DNA of 64,000 nucleotides from Tubulanus polymorphus. Taxonomy: Eukaryota; Animalia; Nemertea. Both the position numbers and the translations under genes were made by a program. Positions 49,001 to 63,900 of this stretch are shown here, piece by piece (within the stretch, counting starts at the first letter, position 1; each line of letters opens with the position of its first letter). The notes under the pieces are model-generated. The model saw nothing but the letters and a program-made list of their open reading frames with translations. It had not been told where the DNA came from and did no database searches. The DNA lies in contig NC_134030.1 of assembly GCF_964204645.1 (NCBI RefSeq), positions 3,948,778 to 4,012,777 of the forward strand. Direction: 5' to 3'.

Positions 49001-52000
49001 CCACTGAGATCATTAGTACTGAGTCAACTGCCTCAGTCAAGCTGCAAAGTAGAGTCACAAAGTTAACAGTTGCAAAGGAACGTCGAGTCATTAGTCTGAA
49101 CTGACTATAAATCAGGTATGATATTGAAAATTACATCAATTTTCAAGTCTTACATTATTCAAAATTATACATATTTTTTGTTTTCCTGTTGTAATAAGGA
49201 AATATCTAGAGATGGTATGTTACTACAAGATGGAAAAATACCTTCAGGGATTCACATGAATATTATCCCTTAGTTGAAAGGATGCAAGAATGGATGAGTC
49301 ATGAATCTGAATTGACTATAAATCAGGTATATATTGTCATAGATAAATCTATTTTATTGATTAAGTGATTGTTGAAAATATCCTTTTAAGTTTGTTGTTT
49401 GATTGTCTTGTAGGTGAAAATATGTGAAACATCTAATCAAACACGATGTTGGCTTTGATATTCAGATGGCATCTGTTGACCATTTGCGTTGCTGGAACTT
49501 GGAACTCTAATGCGTTGCTGGAACTTGGAACACTAATGCGTTGCTGGAACTTGGAACTCTAATGCGTTGCTGGAACTTGGAACTCTAATGCGTGGCTGGA
49601 ACTTGGAGAACTCTAATGCGTTGCTGGAACTTGGAGAACTCTGATGCGTTGCTGGAACTTGGAGAACACTAATGTGTTGCTTGAACTTGGAGAACTCTGA
49701 TGCGTTGCTGGAACTTGGAGAACACTAATGCGTTGCTCGAACTTGGAGAACACTAATGTGTTGCTTGAACTTGGAGAACTCTAATGTGTTGCTCGAACTT
49801 GGAGAACTCTAATGCATGTTAAGACTTGGAGAATTATTGTCTGGGTGCAACTGACCCTGTGTATGAACATGTGTGTTCAATTCGAATTTTATTTTAATTT
49901 AAATAAAACAAGTTAGAATATCTTTGATTGTGTCTAAAGAGTTTTTGATGTTGTTTTTAGGTGGAACTGAAATGCAGCAGTCAGTTCCGTAGTGTGTTTG
50001 AATATTGACATAACATGATGACTGACCTTGATTTATTTGTGTTGACTTCTGTCAGTGTTCGTTAATTACGACTGTTTTAATTCATTTGTTATTGCAAATA
50101 CATATTTATTTCAATAAAATGGTATGAGGATCTGTAGAGGAGCCGAGTCAACTTGGTGTTGAATAAGTAAAACGAGGTGGTTAGTGCTTTATAGGTGTGA
50201 CTTGTGTATTTGAAGTACAGGTACGAGCTTTTAGATTTATTGATTTCATGGTGTTTAAATGTTTAAATAAATTATATTGATTTAAAATGGTGTTTGATAA
50301 TTGGTTGAAGTCTTTGTTTACTTATGTTTACTTATATGATACATGTACGTATTGAACTATTGATCACAACTACTGATCTATTCTTGGTTTAGTTGTTCGC
50401 TACAAATTGTTTTGTGGTTCTTTTTCTGTAATCTACAGTAGACTCGGCTCTTAACTCGAATCTCATTAATCAAGTATAGTATCACATTGACTCGAGCTCT
50501 CCCTCCCTCTCTCCTCGACTGACTTGTTCGAATGGATTTTAGTTAGAACTCGGTCTACTCATGGACATGTAAACTAGTTAAAGTCCAGATTGTATTTACA
50601 CTTTTATAAAGTGTAATGAGAGATAACTTCAGTAAACTTTCACTTCAATTCGTGCCAATCTTGGTCTCAGTTCGTCCCAGTAAGGGCGAGCCGGTTTACT
50701 GTAGTGTTTGTCACCTTACCCCAGACCTGCTGGATTACAATCTTATTTAAAGATGAATATTATAGACAGCAGATTGATACACTTTTATTTTACAAACAGA
50801 AGATGTGTCAGAAAAACTAATCTAATAGAGGTTCATAGTATACTGCGAGATGAGTTGATCCCTACACTGTACAGAGGTGTCCCGGGTTCGAATCCAGTAA
50901 TAACTGACGCTGATTCAGAGTGGTCCTGATGCTGAATAGAAGATGTACAGGGATGTCCTGGGTTCGAACCCAGTAATCATCGACACTGATTCAGAATGGC
51001 CCTGATGCTGAATAGGGGATCTATTTAATTGTTTTTGCGACCTCGCACAAATCTTAGCGCGCAAAAATTTGTTTTTTCTCGTTGAGGATGAAAAAAATAT
51101 CCGTATTTCCCGATCAGCCACCAGAGTTGTTCTAGAAGAACATGGCTGATTATTCCAAGCGAATAACTTTCCTTTTCGACTTGATTAACAACCAACAATC
51201 ATTACTCACTTAATATTGAATGTAAACATTGCATTAACCTTGGGATTTACGAACTTGTCGTCGAAGCGTTCGTTATCGCGCAGATAACTTAACAGTACAA
51301 CATTATTCTGACGACATAAAACTGTCAAACTCGCGAATTACAGGACAGTGAAGAATTATGACACGGGATTAATTGTATACAACATACGTCACAGGACGGA
51401 ATAATACAGCGATATTGTACGTGTCCTTTTATTCATAATTCATCGTAAACTACTCGCATCCCTTCTCGTATTCAGAAACAAACATTGATTATTATCATAT
51501 CGACCGGCTTATAAATTGCGACTCTTTCTCCTCGGAGATACTATTCCTGTCCCAGTGGCTTAATTTCACAAGACTGTACAACTGCCGATTGTCATCAATC
51601 GCCGTCTCGAACGGCACAGTTGTTTCCGGGTCAGCGAACGCTTACTATTTAATTTGGCAAAATCTGTCTCTGGATTCGATTGAGAACTCGAAAAGAAAAT
51701 GAATTAGTGAAAATTGTTGCATCGACGCAAAATTTGAATTTATCGGTTCGAAAACCTCGTAACGCGATAAAACGGTCGAAATTAAACTGACGCCTTTAGA
51801 TCTCGCTTTTATGACTCGAAACTATCTACTAGTCTTAATAAACATATATCATTTAATGCCCCACGATGAAAAAAGCCGCTCTCCGGCCGAATAAAGCAAT
51901 TTGCTACAGTGCGACGAGCTGCTCAATTTGGCGACAGGATTATCGACAACTCGTCTCAAATCATGGGTAGCAATATTTCCCTGAGGAGTATACGATCAAC

Positions 52001-54721
52001 TGACAGCGTTCTCATTTCAGCATAGTGATCCGTTTAAAACGTATAATATCGTTAGCTACTTCTACGATACATACACTAATTATATACTTAATGCTTTCGA
52101 TCATATTGAATTCCATCTGTCAAGACGAACAACGAAACAATTAAAACAGCTCTCATATTGTTGAGGCGTTAGAAAAATAAAGAACCGAACGATATTTTGT
52201 GATGATCTGGTTTTCAGAAATCAAGAGAAGATATTTCGCAATTAACACAGTTTTCTAAAAACAGATATCATCCCTATAAACTACAAGTTTATTAGCGATG
52301 AGATTTCATATCAAAATCTGCAATAAAAAATCCAGGCCAAATATATATACCCGATACGGGTGGATAAGAGTAGATACATTTCCCATGATATTGTACTTGG
52401 TGGGAAATGTAGGCTACGTCGAGAGCGTGTCCATTTTATAGGAACGGTCGTATCTGAATCTGTCCATATGTGGTATTATAGCGAACATGACTGATTGCTG
52501 CTGAATTAAACTTTCGGGTTTAAATGTGACACTGGCCTATAAAACTCGCCCTGAATTATAGTAAATGAAATCCGTCTGTCAGAGACACATGTAATCATCA
52601 ACCCGAGTACAACATTGTCTCTATTTGAATTGTATTTCCCGCAGAAATCAATTCCTAGATCCGATTATCAGATTGTTAATGAGCTATGAATATTATATTG
52701 GAAGGGTTGCGTTGCCATTTCACTCGCGTTTATAGTGTTATATCATCGTATGTCGGGATTGATTTCCGAACTGGGTTTGATGCGGCCTTCTTGTAAAGCA
52801 CCTCTCACACGGTCCATAAATTGGGTGGAGGGAAGAAAATCACATTTTAAGTACATCCACATTTTATTTCAACGTCAAATTCCATGGGTTACATATCATT
52901 CAATTAAAGAAACAACGCATAAATGATATAGACGACAGACTTGGCTCGTATTGTAACTTCATTGTTTCTTTTTGAATTCTATGATCAATCCCGATTGATA
53001 GGTTACCTCGAAAATCAGGTTTTTTACATTGAGTTCGGAGATGTTTAAGCATTCTCCGATAGCAGATGAGAACTCCATCGACTGTTCTAGATTACTCGCG
53101 TGCCACAGTATGAAAGTCGAACTACCGAGTTAGTTCACAAATTCACTTCTTGATTTGCATAGGGGCACCACCCGACAATAGATAAAGACTACTCGCAGGA
53201 ATCACAGAGGCCTGACACAAAAGGTATACTCGAGTGGGGGCCACCACTGGGTTTACTCACTCACAATACGGGGCTGTTGTTTTTTGTCCCTTCAAAGTAG
53301 AAATTATACCCTCCGAAACTTTATCATCTGGAGGGTTCTTAAACATTTCTGTCGGACCAAAATTCGTGTTTCAACATGGGTCAGTTCACACCATCTATTT
53401 TCCTAAATTTTAGAGATCAACTAAATCATTTCACATAACAATAAATATCATGAATTAGGCCTACCCCTCATTACAATCTGAAATATAAAAAAAGAAACAC
53501 TCGAGGCGAGCTATCTAGTCCCGTTAAGAAAAAAAATTGCCAGCCAAATGTATGGTTTATTCTAGCGGGATTCGAAACTGCGACCTCCAGCAATAAGCAG
53601 GGGAAGCTAACAAGGCAAGCGTGCTAACCACTGGGCCATAGATCTCAGGTAATCTGTCCGGATTGTAAGTTTGCCTGCTATGTGATTTTGTATGTCTCTG
53701 CTTAAAATCGACAATTTTCAAAGTAAATCGTAGACAGTTTTTAAACGGATGAGTTAACCGGGCTAAACTTAAGACACACCACGATGAGCATTAATTGAAT
53801 TTGCGTGGTTTCGAACCAAATGAAATTTTTATGTGGTATTGATGAGGTTCGAATCCCATCAGGAAAGGATTTTCTTGACGTGGCGGGAATATTAGTACTT
53901 TTCATTGGTCAGGATCAGTGACGTCACACTGTCAGTATAAATACTCAGGTCAGCTGATCCCTCCTTCCAGTTCGGCCATTATTCAGGTAAGCAAACGTCG
54001 TCCATTTTAATTATTTCTTTCGATCAAATCTATTTATCAATCTTACTTGTAAATTTTATACATAGACCTTAGGTTTCGCATACGGTTTTGTTTAAGACAA
54101 TTTCAAAAGTTCCGAAAGTTCGGATTATATCATATACGTGTTTAATTATGACATTTCCATTGTGATGTTCTTTTTGCTCAAAATTGTCCAAATCGTATTT
54201 TTAATATTTAGAAGTAAATTACAACATTTGACTTTCATTTTCGTTCTCGTAAAAATGAAGACGTTATTGTGATTTTATTGAGGAATTTTATTTAATTTAT
54301 TTATGAAATTTTCGGAAGCAGTTATTCTGCTGTTCAAATCTACGCGCTAATGCGGCTAGTTGACATGCCTAGGTGTAATACACAGACCGCTCAGTCTATT
54401 CAACCATGACTCGAATCCATAGAAACCTTTTATTCGAAGCGTCGTTCAACTTAATTCTGGTGGCTTCTATATTTAATATTTAGAAAATAATGATGCCCAA
54501 TAATTTAATGTTATTATTATCTAATGCAAACTCGAGTTAGCTATTTCTTAGAATCAATAATTTTCGATTTTCTTGATTTTTATAACATTATTGTTTTTAC
54601 ATTGCAGCAGCAGCAGCAGTGACAGCAGCAGTACAAGACAAACATTGATACCAGCAAATTTATTACAACTTCAACTTAAACTTTAAACGAATTCAACTTC
54701 TACTTCAGCAGTAACACGACC

Positions 54722-54821
54722 ATGTCTTCAAAATATGACATTTTTTCCGGATTGTTAAAGGTAGTGCGCGCCGAGGTCCTGACACTCGACCCTGTATCCC
54801 TCGGCGCGTTTTGTGATTTGA
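54722..54821 (+). CDS. First coding exon of the unit gene, second copy
   Basis: Same coding sequence as 26584-26683; donor gtaagt at 54822. Confidence 0.75.
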
Positions 54822-55657
54822 GTAAGTACAAACTCTACTTCATCAAATTCTCGATTATTTTTAGTGACAAGCATCTAAAATTATTTGATTTCCAACATCT
54901 GAAATTGTTTGATCTCAAATTCACAATTATTTTATCTCAAATCTCCGCATTATTGGATACTAAATTTCAAATTGTCTCAATCTTCTATCATCAAATGTCA
55001 ATTTCTTTCAATCCACTTTTTAATTTCGGAAAACTCAATTTATGTCTCACACGGATTTCATTTCAATTTATTTTGAAAATATCATTTTATGTTTCTAGTC
55101 TTTTATTCTTTTTCAAATTACTCAATTCAATTTGCTAATAATTCTAATGGTGAATAATTGAATAATTTTAATTGAATTGAATTGAATAGTGAGTAGAGGT
55201 TCTGGTGGATGAGAATGAACTTGAGGAAGTAACTTCATTTCCTGGTTTTCAAATATCGTCGAAATTGTGAAATATTCATCATGTTTTTCATATGCAATGC
55301 TGTATCCAGTCAATAGAGATAAGTTACAACATAAACAGTTTAAACTGGCTAGGCCTCCAGACCAATGCACTTCATGGAAAATCCTGATTTATATGTTTAA
55401 TAAATCAAGTAACTGGACTGCGCGGTTCAGTCCATTTTAGTCAGTAAGTAAGCAGACTGCAGTTTAGTCCATATTTTAATCAGTAACTGGACTGCGGTGT
55501 AGTCAATATTTTAGTCAATAACGGGACTGCGCTGTAGTCCATCGTTTAGTCAATAACTGGACTGCGGTTTTGTCGATGGTTTAGTCAATAACTGGACTGC
55601 AGTTTAGACTGCTGTTCAGGAACCGGACAGCTGTTTAGTCCGTATCCAGATACCCGT

Positions 55658-58419
55658 CACATTATGGGACCAACTTTTTAGATACCGCTAAAATGTAGCA
55701 CTAGTATTTACGGTACTTTCGTTTTTCTCTGCGACTCCAGGATCCAACAACATGTGATTTTCTTTTTATTAATCATTGATCAAACGTCAGGATATTCAGG
55801 ATAACTTTTTTAATTAATTGGTTAAACTTCGTTTTTTCGTATCTCTAGGTAGTTGCTCGCGACAGTTTGAGATCCCGAGATTGTGGCGGGAAGGAGGTAT
55901 ATCTCAAGACTGCTATCATGAGCTTATCTGCGAACTAGTCTCAAGCCGCACCCACTCAATGTTTATTCTAGATCTAAACTAGGATATGATGTTTGATACG
56001 AATGTCTTTCACTAGCTCGGTTCATAGTCCGAATCTTCATCGTCTATTTGTTGGCGAATCCTAAATATTGCGGCCTTGAGGTAAATAGAGTTTAAACACG
56101 ATTTATTTCTAACGGATTCATTATTACGGTCAATGGTTGCCGCCTCGTTCTGAGTCATTTTAGTTGTGACCTTCCGCAGGACGTGGTTCTTACTTTAACT
56201 GAGCAGATCATCCCGTCTGTGCCTACATTTGTTGCCATAATAACGCCCAGCTGCCATAGAATTCTTCAATGGTGTATCTGTGAGTTTTTACAAACGCCCA
56301 AGATTCCTTGTTTCCTTGTGGACTGCGAGTGACATTAACTACCAGCAGCCATGACACGTATTCATCAATGAATCGTCTGCAACATCACTGGTTCAGTTTC
56401 AATCATCCTCACGTGCCGTTCGTTTCGTGAAGTTTTGGATCGACTATTTTGTCATTTTCGTTGTTCTTGTACGGAAGTAGATTGATTTGTGTCCTCAACA
56501 GTTGCAGACTGAAGTACTCAGTAATTTCTTGCACAAGTTGAAGTTTTCTGCATCGATCATGCAGCAGATGTCCGTTGGCAGGTGTCTGTTGGTAGGTGTC
56601 CATATGCAGATGTTTTTTTTTTGCAGTTTCAGCGTGAAATCATTAGCCATCTCTTCATTTACTTATAGGAGGTTTACATGTTTGTTATCAGTCAGCATCC
56701 CACATTATTAACATCTCGGACCAGTTATCCACTCCCAATCGATGAATTTCACCAACAGCACCCCCTAGAAAGAATTTATGCAATATTTTCAGCTGTTTCG
56801 AGGTAATTCCAATCAGAAACATTTGTTAACGTTTTTATCTTTTCCACTCTATTGTGTACGAATCATTTCAATCTTTGTCGACCAAATCCAACATTCATGT
56901 TTGAGTACATAGATCCATATGTGTCGGTTATTAGCTCGCTATATTCTACTCATTAACATTGCTTGTTATTCTTTCCTCACCTTAAAATTTTCGTTTAATT
57001 TTTCGAATCTGCAGTTTTACATCCAGGGTAATATACATGAAGCGGCCGATTACAACTTCAGGACATGCGTCAGTGAAGATTACAATTTCGGCTTCTTGTT
57101 ATGGGTCGACAACAAATCGTCTATCCAGTGTTTTCAGTAAGAAATTAACAAGCCAGGTCCCTTTGAAAAACAGGAGGGTCACATCGTATGTGACAGTCCC
57201 TGAAAAAACAGTGGGGTCCTTAAAAAATGACAGACGCGTCTGAGACCCGGGACCTGGCTCTTATTGAAAACACTGCTATCATCCATCGCTTTTTCGTTAC
57301 TAAGTTCGAAGGAATTTCTGATCTTTGTCCATTGGCCCGTTTTTACTCTTCGTCCCTTTCAATGTTCACTGTCCATTGCTTAATCATAAGGGCTTTCATG
57401 GTGCAACGATCCTACTAAGTCCCAAAGGATCAAATATCGATGACCATTTTGACAGAACGTTTCCTTTCGTTTCGACGTATCTTTTTTACATGTATGAATC
57501 ATGATATTACTTTCCATTTCTTTTTGATTGGTTCAGCATCCTGTTGATCGATAAATCAAGTAGCACTGTTCTTGCGGTGGACCGGTGGTCAACAATTTCT
57601 GTCGATTCTTTTTCATAATCCTTATCGCTTGCGGATTCTAGACTAAAGTTTCTTCAATTCTCTCGAATATCGTTAAAATTTTCTTGTATGTTTTTTAAAA
57701 TTCCTCCAGCAACGATTCGAGAACTGTAACTTGTTTTTCGTCGATATCTTCTCTGAGGAGTGCTCAATTTTTCTCAACATTTTTTCAGATGTTGATAATA
57801 AACATTGTTGTTGTTTCTTCAGTTCTGCCCGAATGGCTTCACCTTCAGAGGGCTCACCCATCCATGAAAATAATACTAAAAAATACTACTGTTGGTTATG
57901 ACCAGGAATGAAGTTTTGCAGAGAGATGACGAAGTGACGATGTGCAATCCATTGATTCTTTACTAAACTGAATTGCTGCTTTATTTCTATATTAAAAACT
58001 ACAAAAGTATCAGCTTATCATCTCATGGACGGTGCGCGATCGGACGGTGTGAGCGGAAGTTGCGATTAGCACAGATGTTGCCGCGGGATCCGGATAAGTG
58101 CCAGTTACACGCTTATCTCTGTACTGAGGAGAATCATTCACAAAATCGCTACTTTTGGTTTACAGTTCCAACTTCTCTTTTTGTCAGAACGTCAAAATTC
58201 ACTTCTTTTTTTTTTAACTCTCTTTAGTATTCGTATGATTGTAATTAGGTCGCACCAACATTGTGTAGGAAACTCAACATGTAATATGCCATAAGTACTA
58301 TTTATACAGATCAATCTATCCAATATTCTGAATTATTCAGTAAAAATGAATATAGCGAAAATCTGACAAAAAAAATTGCTACTTTTCAGCTGCACCAAAG
58401 CATACGGTCCCATACAGTG
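55658..58419. mobile_element. CACTA/EnSpm-like element with BEL/Pao relic, unit 2 copy
   Basis: Same TIRs, GT duplication and insertion site as 27534-30304. Confidence 0.7.
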
Positions 58420-60376
58420 GTTTAGTCAGTATCCGGACCACAGTTTAGTCAGTATCCGGACCACAGTTTAGTCAGTAACGAAACTGTGTGATTCATTTCG
58501 TTCTGAGAACAGATTTTATCAAATTTCCTCTAGCTGTTCTTCAGATAGGCCTACCCTTTGACTAAATGTTTTATTTTCAGAATTCTTTTATAAAAAGTAT
58601 ATCCTCCACCGTTATCCAGGCCTGACATTTATCAAGGTCTATCCTGTTTTACACCTTACAAGTTCGACAGCGACATTTGATATTGTTTTTTCTGTAAATG
58701 GCTGCAGCTGTATTCATAGTGAATTATTCCACTGAATGATTCTATACTTGAATGGTAAGTAGTGACTTATTTGAAATACTTAATGAATTCATTTGAAAAA
58801 GGCCTAAATTCTAAATATCATTAATTGTTCGCGTTTTAACGATGTTTGATTTTTATAGATAAAAATCTTATTATAATTTGTAGTGAATGGATTTGATTGT
58901 ATGAAGGTACAGCAGTGGACAGTGTCATGTGAAATGGTTTTTACACCTTATGGTTGTTTCTGAAGGTACAGTAGCCGGCAGTGTCATGTGAAATGGTTTT
59001 TAACCCTGATGGTTGTTTCTGAGAATAACAGTTGAAGTTTTTCGTTTGATGATGAAAATACAGAAGAAATATGAATGAAATTTTTGGTGTCATTTTTCTG
59101 TTTGTCATGCAATGAAAATGAATTAGACTTACTTAGCAAAAACCATAGGGAAATGTACAGTACTCGAAGGAAATATCACAATTTTTGGAACTAAAATTCG
59201 GTGAAAATTCATTTTAGAAAAAAATATTTTCAAATGTATCGCATTTTATTGGATTTTTTGCCCTTAATGATACTGTAGACTTCGCTTAAACTGGTAGACG
59301 GTCTATATCTGGTATAATCTGTTCAATTCGATGAAATAAAGATGAAATGTTGTTCTAAATACATATGTTTTGCCTTTTATGGTATTGCTCTGTTCGATGA
59401 TGATAATAATAACAATATTATGCGTCTGATGTAGCCCTAAATCCAGCAGCAGCTCAGAGCGCTTTACATTTTACGGTTTTATTGCCCCAGCCATTTAATG
59501 GTCTGCTGGGGTGAAGTAACATCCGAGCAGCTGCTAGGCGCTCAGGGGTCATCTATCAGGCCAGGTACCCAATTACTCCTGGGTGCAAAGAGGCAATGAG
59601 GATAAGTGTCTTGCCGGGGACACAACGGTAATATACGGGGTTTGAATCCATGACGATCTGGTTTCCCAGAACGCTTTCCGTATCCCATAAATTCAATGCC
59701 CTTCATTGTTACTTAAAAGCAGGAAAATCAGTAGAAACTTTGGAGCTCAATAGAGTGAAAACTGTAAGAGATAAAGCTGGTAATTGAAAAGTTTGTAGGG
59801 TATGACCCTTGGATAATTTTGGTGATGATTATTCTTACTGAAAGTGAAGTCCTATGCAAATGAGCTAATTCGCATAAATCATAATCAGTGACCTATTTAT
59901 TTGAAAACCCCCTAAATTGCAGGTATCGAAATGAACAAATCGGGTATCTAGCCTCAGCTAACAGCTGACAATGGAATATTCTTTGTCTACGGTTAGAAAT
60001 ATATATTTTATGGGTAATTATAATTAGTAAATGAGCTAATAATTAAATCATGTGACCTCCGGATAAGTACCCGCTACTTTCAAATGCAAAAAAACTCAAA
60101 TATTTTCAATAGCAACACCATAAAAACGCAGCATAAAAACTTACTAATGGGTGCTGCCATTTAATCAAGCCATTTAGCGGCAGGTTTCTCCGCTGAATTC
60201 TATGCGACTAAACTGCTATAAGAAATGTCGACGAAAGTCGACAGGGCACTGAAAAAGTTATAGAAGGAATTTGGGTATTCACTACATGGTCAGATTGTAT
60301 AAAATACAAAGAAATTGATTATTTTGACCGCTATTAGGCTCAATAAAACTTTTGATCAAATTACCTAATGAGATGA

Positions 60377-60778
60377 AAAACGCCGAGATATCGCACGTGC
60401 CCCCTCATCCGAGAAACAACCGTTTGCCGCAGCCACAACAAAATGTACGCGATCCGCAGCACAATTAATTGCGCGACCCGTGAAATCATATACTGCATCG
60501 AATGCACCAAGTGCAACCTGCTGTACGTCGGCCTAACCGGAATGTCTTTACAAGAACGCGTCACACATCACGTCTCGCGCATCAGAACGTATAATTCGAC
60601 TCCAGTCACGGACCACTTCAACCAGGTCGACCACACCTACCAACACTTTCGGGTGTATGGTCTCCAACACCTACCAGGCTCGACGAGACCGATCCGCGAA
60701 GCAGCCAAACGAGACTGGATATTGGTCTTGATTCGTTTCAATATCAAATCGACACTAATTTTAGATACCAGTAACTAG
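60377..60778 (+). pseudogene. Penelope-like GIY-YIG fragment, unit 2 copy
   Basis: Same lesions as the unit 1 copy plus several amino-acid changes. Confidence 0.85.
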
Positions 60779-60933
60779 CGTAGTACCCGTCCACGGATGG
60801 ATTGTCATAAATGTATTGGATATAGTTATAAAATGTACGCTGAAAGATTCCATTATCTGCCTCATTTATGATCTACTATACCGTTGTCTAACAATACGGT
60901 TATTACAGATAATGAGAGTGATAAAATTGTATT

Positions 60934-63900
60934 TACAACAGCGTTAGAGGGTGGCAACCATCTCTTGCAACCAGCGACATGACAAATATGGTTGTTTCCG
61001 AACGTTCAACTGGCCCTTCGTTCGTTCTTCCATCACATCACTTTCCGTTACCTATCAATGAATATCGCCTGCTGCATTATTTTATAGGTTACTTTTTACA
61101 GATATGAAAATTGTATGCGTAATATTCGTGATCCTTAATGTTTTGTTTTTTTTTCATTCCAGATTTGGATGTTTTAACAGCAATACAGAAAAACAAGTCT
61201 GAAGCAGCCCGCGAAGCTCGTAACATCTTTGGAGCTTTCGTTAACAGGTGCGTTGACTCCCTTCGCGAGCCTGAGGAGCAAGCTCCTCCTTTAGTTATTG
61301 TGCCACCTTTTGAGCTTGCTCTTCCGCAGGAGGCGGACCCTGCTCCTGTACATCTGGAGCAGGAGGACGCCCCTGCCGTGGGGACCCCGACAGAGGCCCC
61401 ACCGCTTCAGACGCCCGCACTGCGTCGGTCGCCCCGTAGAAATATAAATCCAGATATCAATTATGCAATAGGTTCGGGGCGTCCCAAAACAAAAAAGGGC
61501 AAACGTGCGGCTCGTCCTCCTCCACCGAGACAACCAAATTTTGAGGAGGAGAGCAGTGATGAGGAGGAATTCGCCACTCCTGGAGCGACATCACCACCAG
61601 GGCCCGCAACACCACCACCACCACCACCATCAACTGGACCAGCATCAACGATACCACGAATAAGACGAAACAAAAGAAGAATAGAAGAAGAAAATGAAAA
61701 TAATGAAACACCTAATATTACGCCCGCCCAGGCGTCAACATCGGGCGCTCCAGTGGGGGCACCACCCTCCCCCGCTGTTGAGCTTATCGCGCGCGGCCCT
61801 GGTTGGTCTAAAAACATTGATTACCACGATCCCATCAAAATGCTCCGCGATGTTGAAGGGGCCTTTAAAGGAAAATTTCAAATGGTTAAACGTCGGCGAA
61901 CATCAAAGTAAATCAGCCCCTTCACTCGCCATCACCCGGGCAACAACATCAGCCCACGCACGTCTGCAGATCGGCACTTCTTGAAACTCAGTTTTCCCTT
62001 CCTCCTTCGTCGATCTGCAGGTCACGCAGTGTTAAATATCTGTCAACACTCCTTGAACCAGTGGGCGTGCAGTCCTTCCTTACTTTTATTTTGAAAAATA
62101 TAAAAATAAAAAACCAGACCTTTATTTAATCATTGTTTTTATGGAGTTTTTACGGTTTCTCCAAAAAAATTTAAAATGATACAAATATAAAAAAATTCAT
62201 GATCATTTCATAAATTTATTTATTTTTTGGATTAAAAGAAATTTTTTTCCATCATCTCCCATTCTCATTCATATACATTTTAAATCATTTATTTATTTAT
62301 TTTTTTGACTGTACGTCCCACTGTGTTCCATACCATTTTTGCAACACCTTATTCATTAAGGTCCATTTTGCTTCTCACGATACTGAAGCATTTACCATTT
62401 TTGCATTTCCTCTTGCAAAACCTTATTAACTATGGTTCATTTTGCTTCTCACGATGCTGAAGCATTTACCATCCTCGCATTACCTCTTACAACACCTTAT
62501 TAACTAAGGTTCATTGTGCTTCTCATGATGCTGAAGCATTTACCATCCTTGCATTACCTCTTACAACACCTTATTAACTAAGGTTCATTTTGCTTCTCAT
62601 GATGCTGAAGCATTTACCATCCTTGCATTACCTCTTACAACACCTTATTAACTAAGGTTCATTGTGCTTCTCATGATGCTGAAGCATTTACCATTTTTGC
62701 ATGGTCTTTCTTATGAGTCATCTATTCTAACGCTATGGTCGGCCGTTGCAAAATCTCTTTCGGGATAAGCAGGGAATCAATTCCTATAATAACTCCTATG
62801 GAGTTTGAAAAAGGTGGATTTTTCAAATCAAAAGGAACAGCATTCACATGTGATTCCTTATCGAACTACGAAGGTGGAGAAGGAATAGCTATGTTTCACA
62901 CATAATGCGTTTCCTTATGAAGCTGAAAATAACGTGGAGAAGGAACAGCTATGTTTCACATAATGCGATTCCTTAGGAAACTACATTGAAACAGATTGTT
63001 CAATGTTCCATGTTGCCCCTCCCCACAAATACTATGACGTTTATACGTCAATTGTAAAACCATTATATCGTTATTAACATACTTGTTTTTCTAATTACAG
63101 AATTAAAGATTAATTTAATATGACATGAAAACTTGAATGATTGAAATGTTAATATCTAATGCTCAACAACGCATGAAAATCCTTCACATGTGAGCGGAAG
63201 GATTGAAAATGTTTACTCAGGAAGGAAAAGGAATATATATTTATATACGTGAGATTGCCTGGATTAAAAATTGCACAAGAAAGGAAACCACAGCAAAGAC
63301 TACGGTAATCAATTTCATCACATTTCTAAGGTGCGAAAGTTCACTGGATCAGTGATCAATCCATGAATTTATGAGTTCTTAATTGAACATGGAAAATCTG
63401 CAAAAATGCAATGATAAAGAATCTTGGATAAAAAAAGAATAAAATAAAGATCTTGGATTAGAGATTTAGTCATAATCACTTCAGTGATCAGGTTTTATTG
63501 ATTGATATTGATCTCTACTTATTCTAACGATCACCAGGATGATGATTTGAGTTTAAGATTCTTGTTAGATTAATCTGCATCTCTTGTTGAAATCAATAAG
63601 GCATATGAGAGAGGAGGTCTGAGATATGAGAGAGGCAGTTGGGGAGGTATGAGAGTGGAGGTTCAGGAGAGTGGAGGTTCAGGAGAGAGGAGGTTCAGGG
63701 AATATGAAAGTTTATGGAGATATAGTAGAGAGTGTATGGAAGTATGATAGAGGAGTTTAAGGAGATATCATAGAGGAGATTGTCTTAAAGGAAAATTGTT
63801 AAGTTCATAACAATCGAGCAACTCGGTAATAGACTCCGCTCTGATAAAGTAACGTCTTCTGGTCCTCGATTGCGGTCTGAATTGCAAGAATTGTGTTAAG

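Larger units (their letters stand above)
33129..60933. repeat. Giant tandem unit, copy 2 (27.8 kb)
   Basis: Colinear with 1-33128. Shorter because it lacks about 1.8 kb (2690-4500) and about 330 bp (31570-31900) and has a much shorter 153-bp array. Confidence 0.97.
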
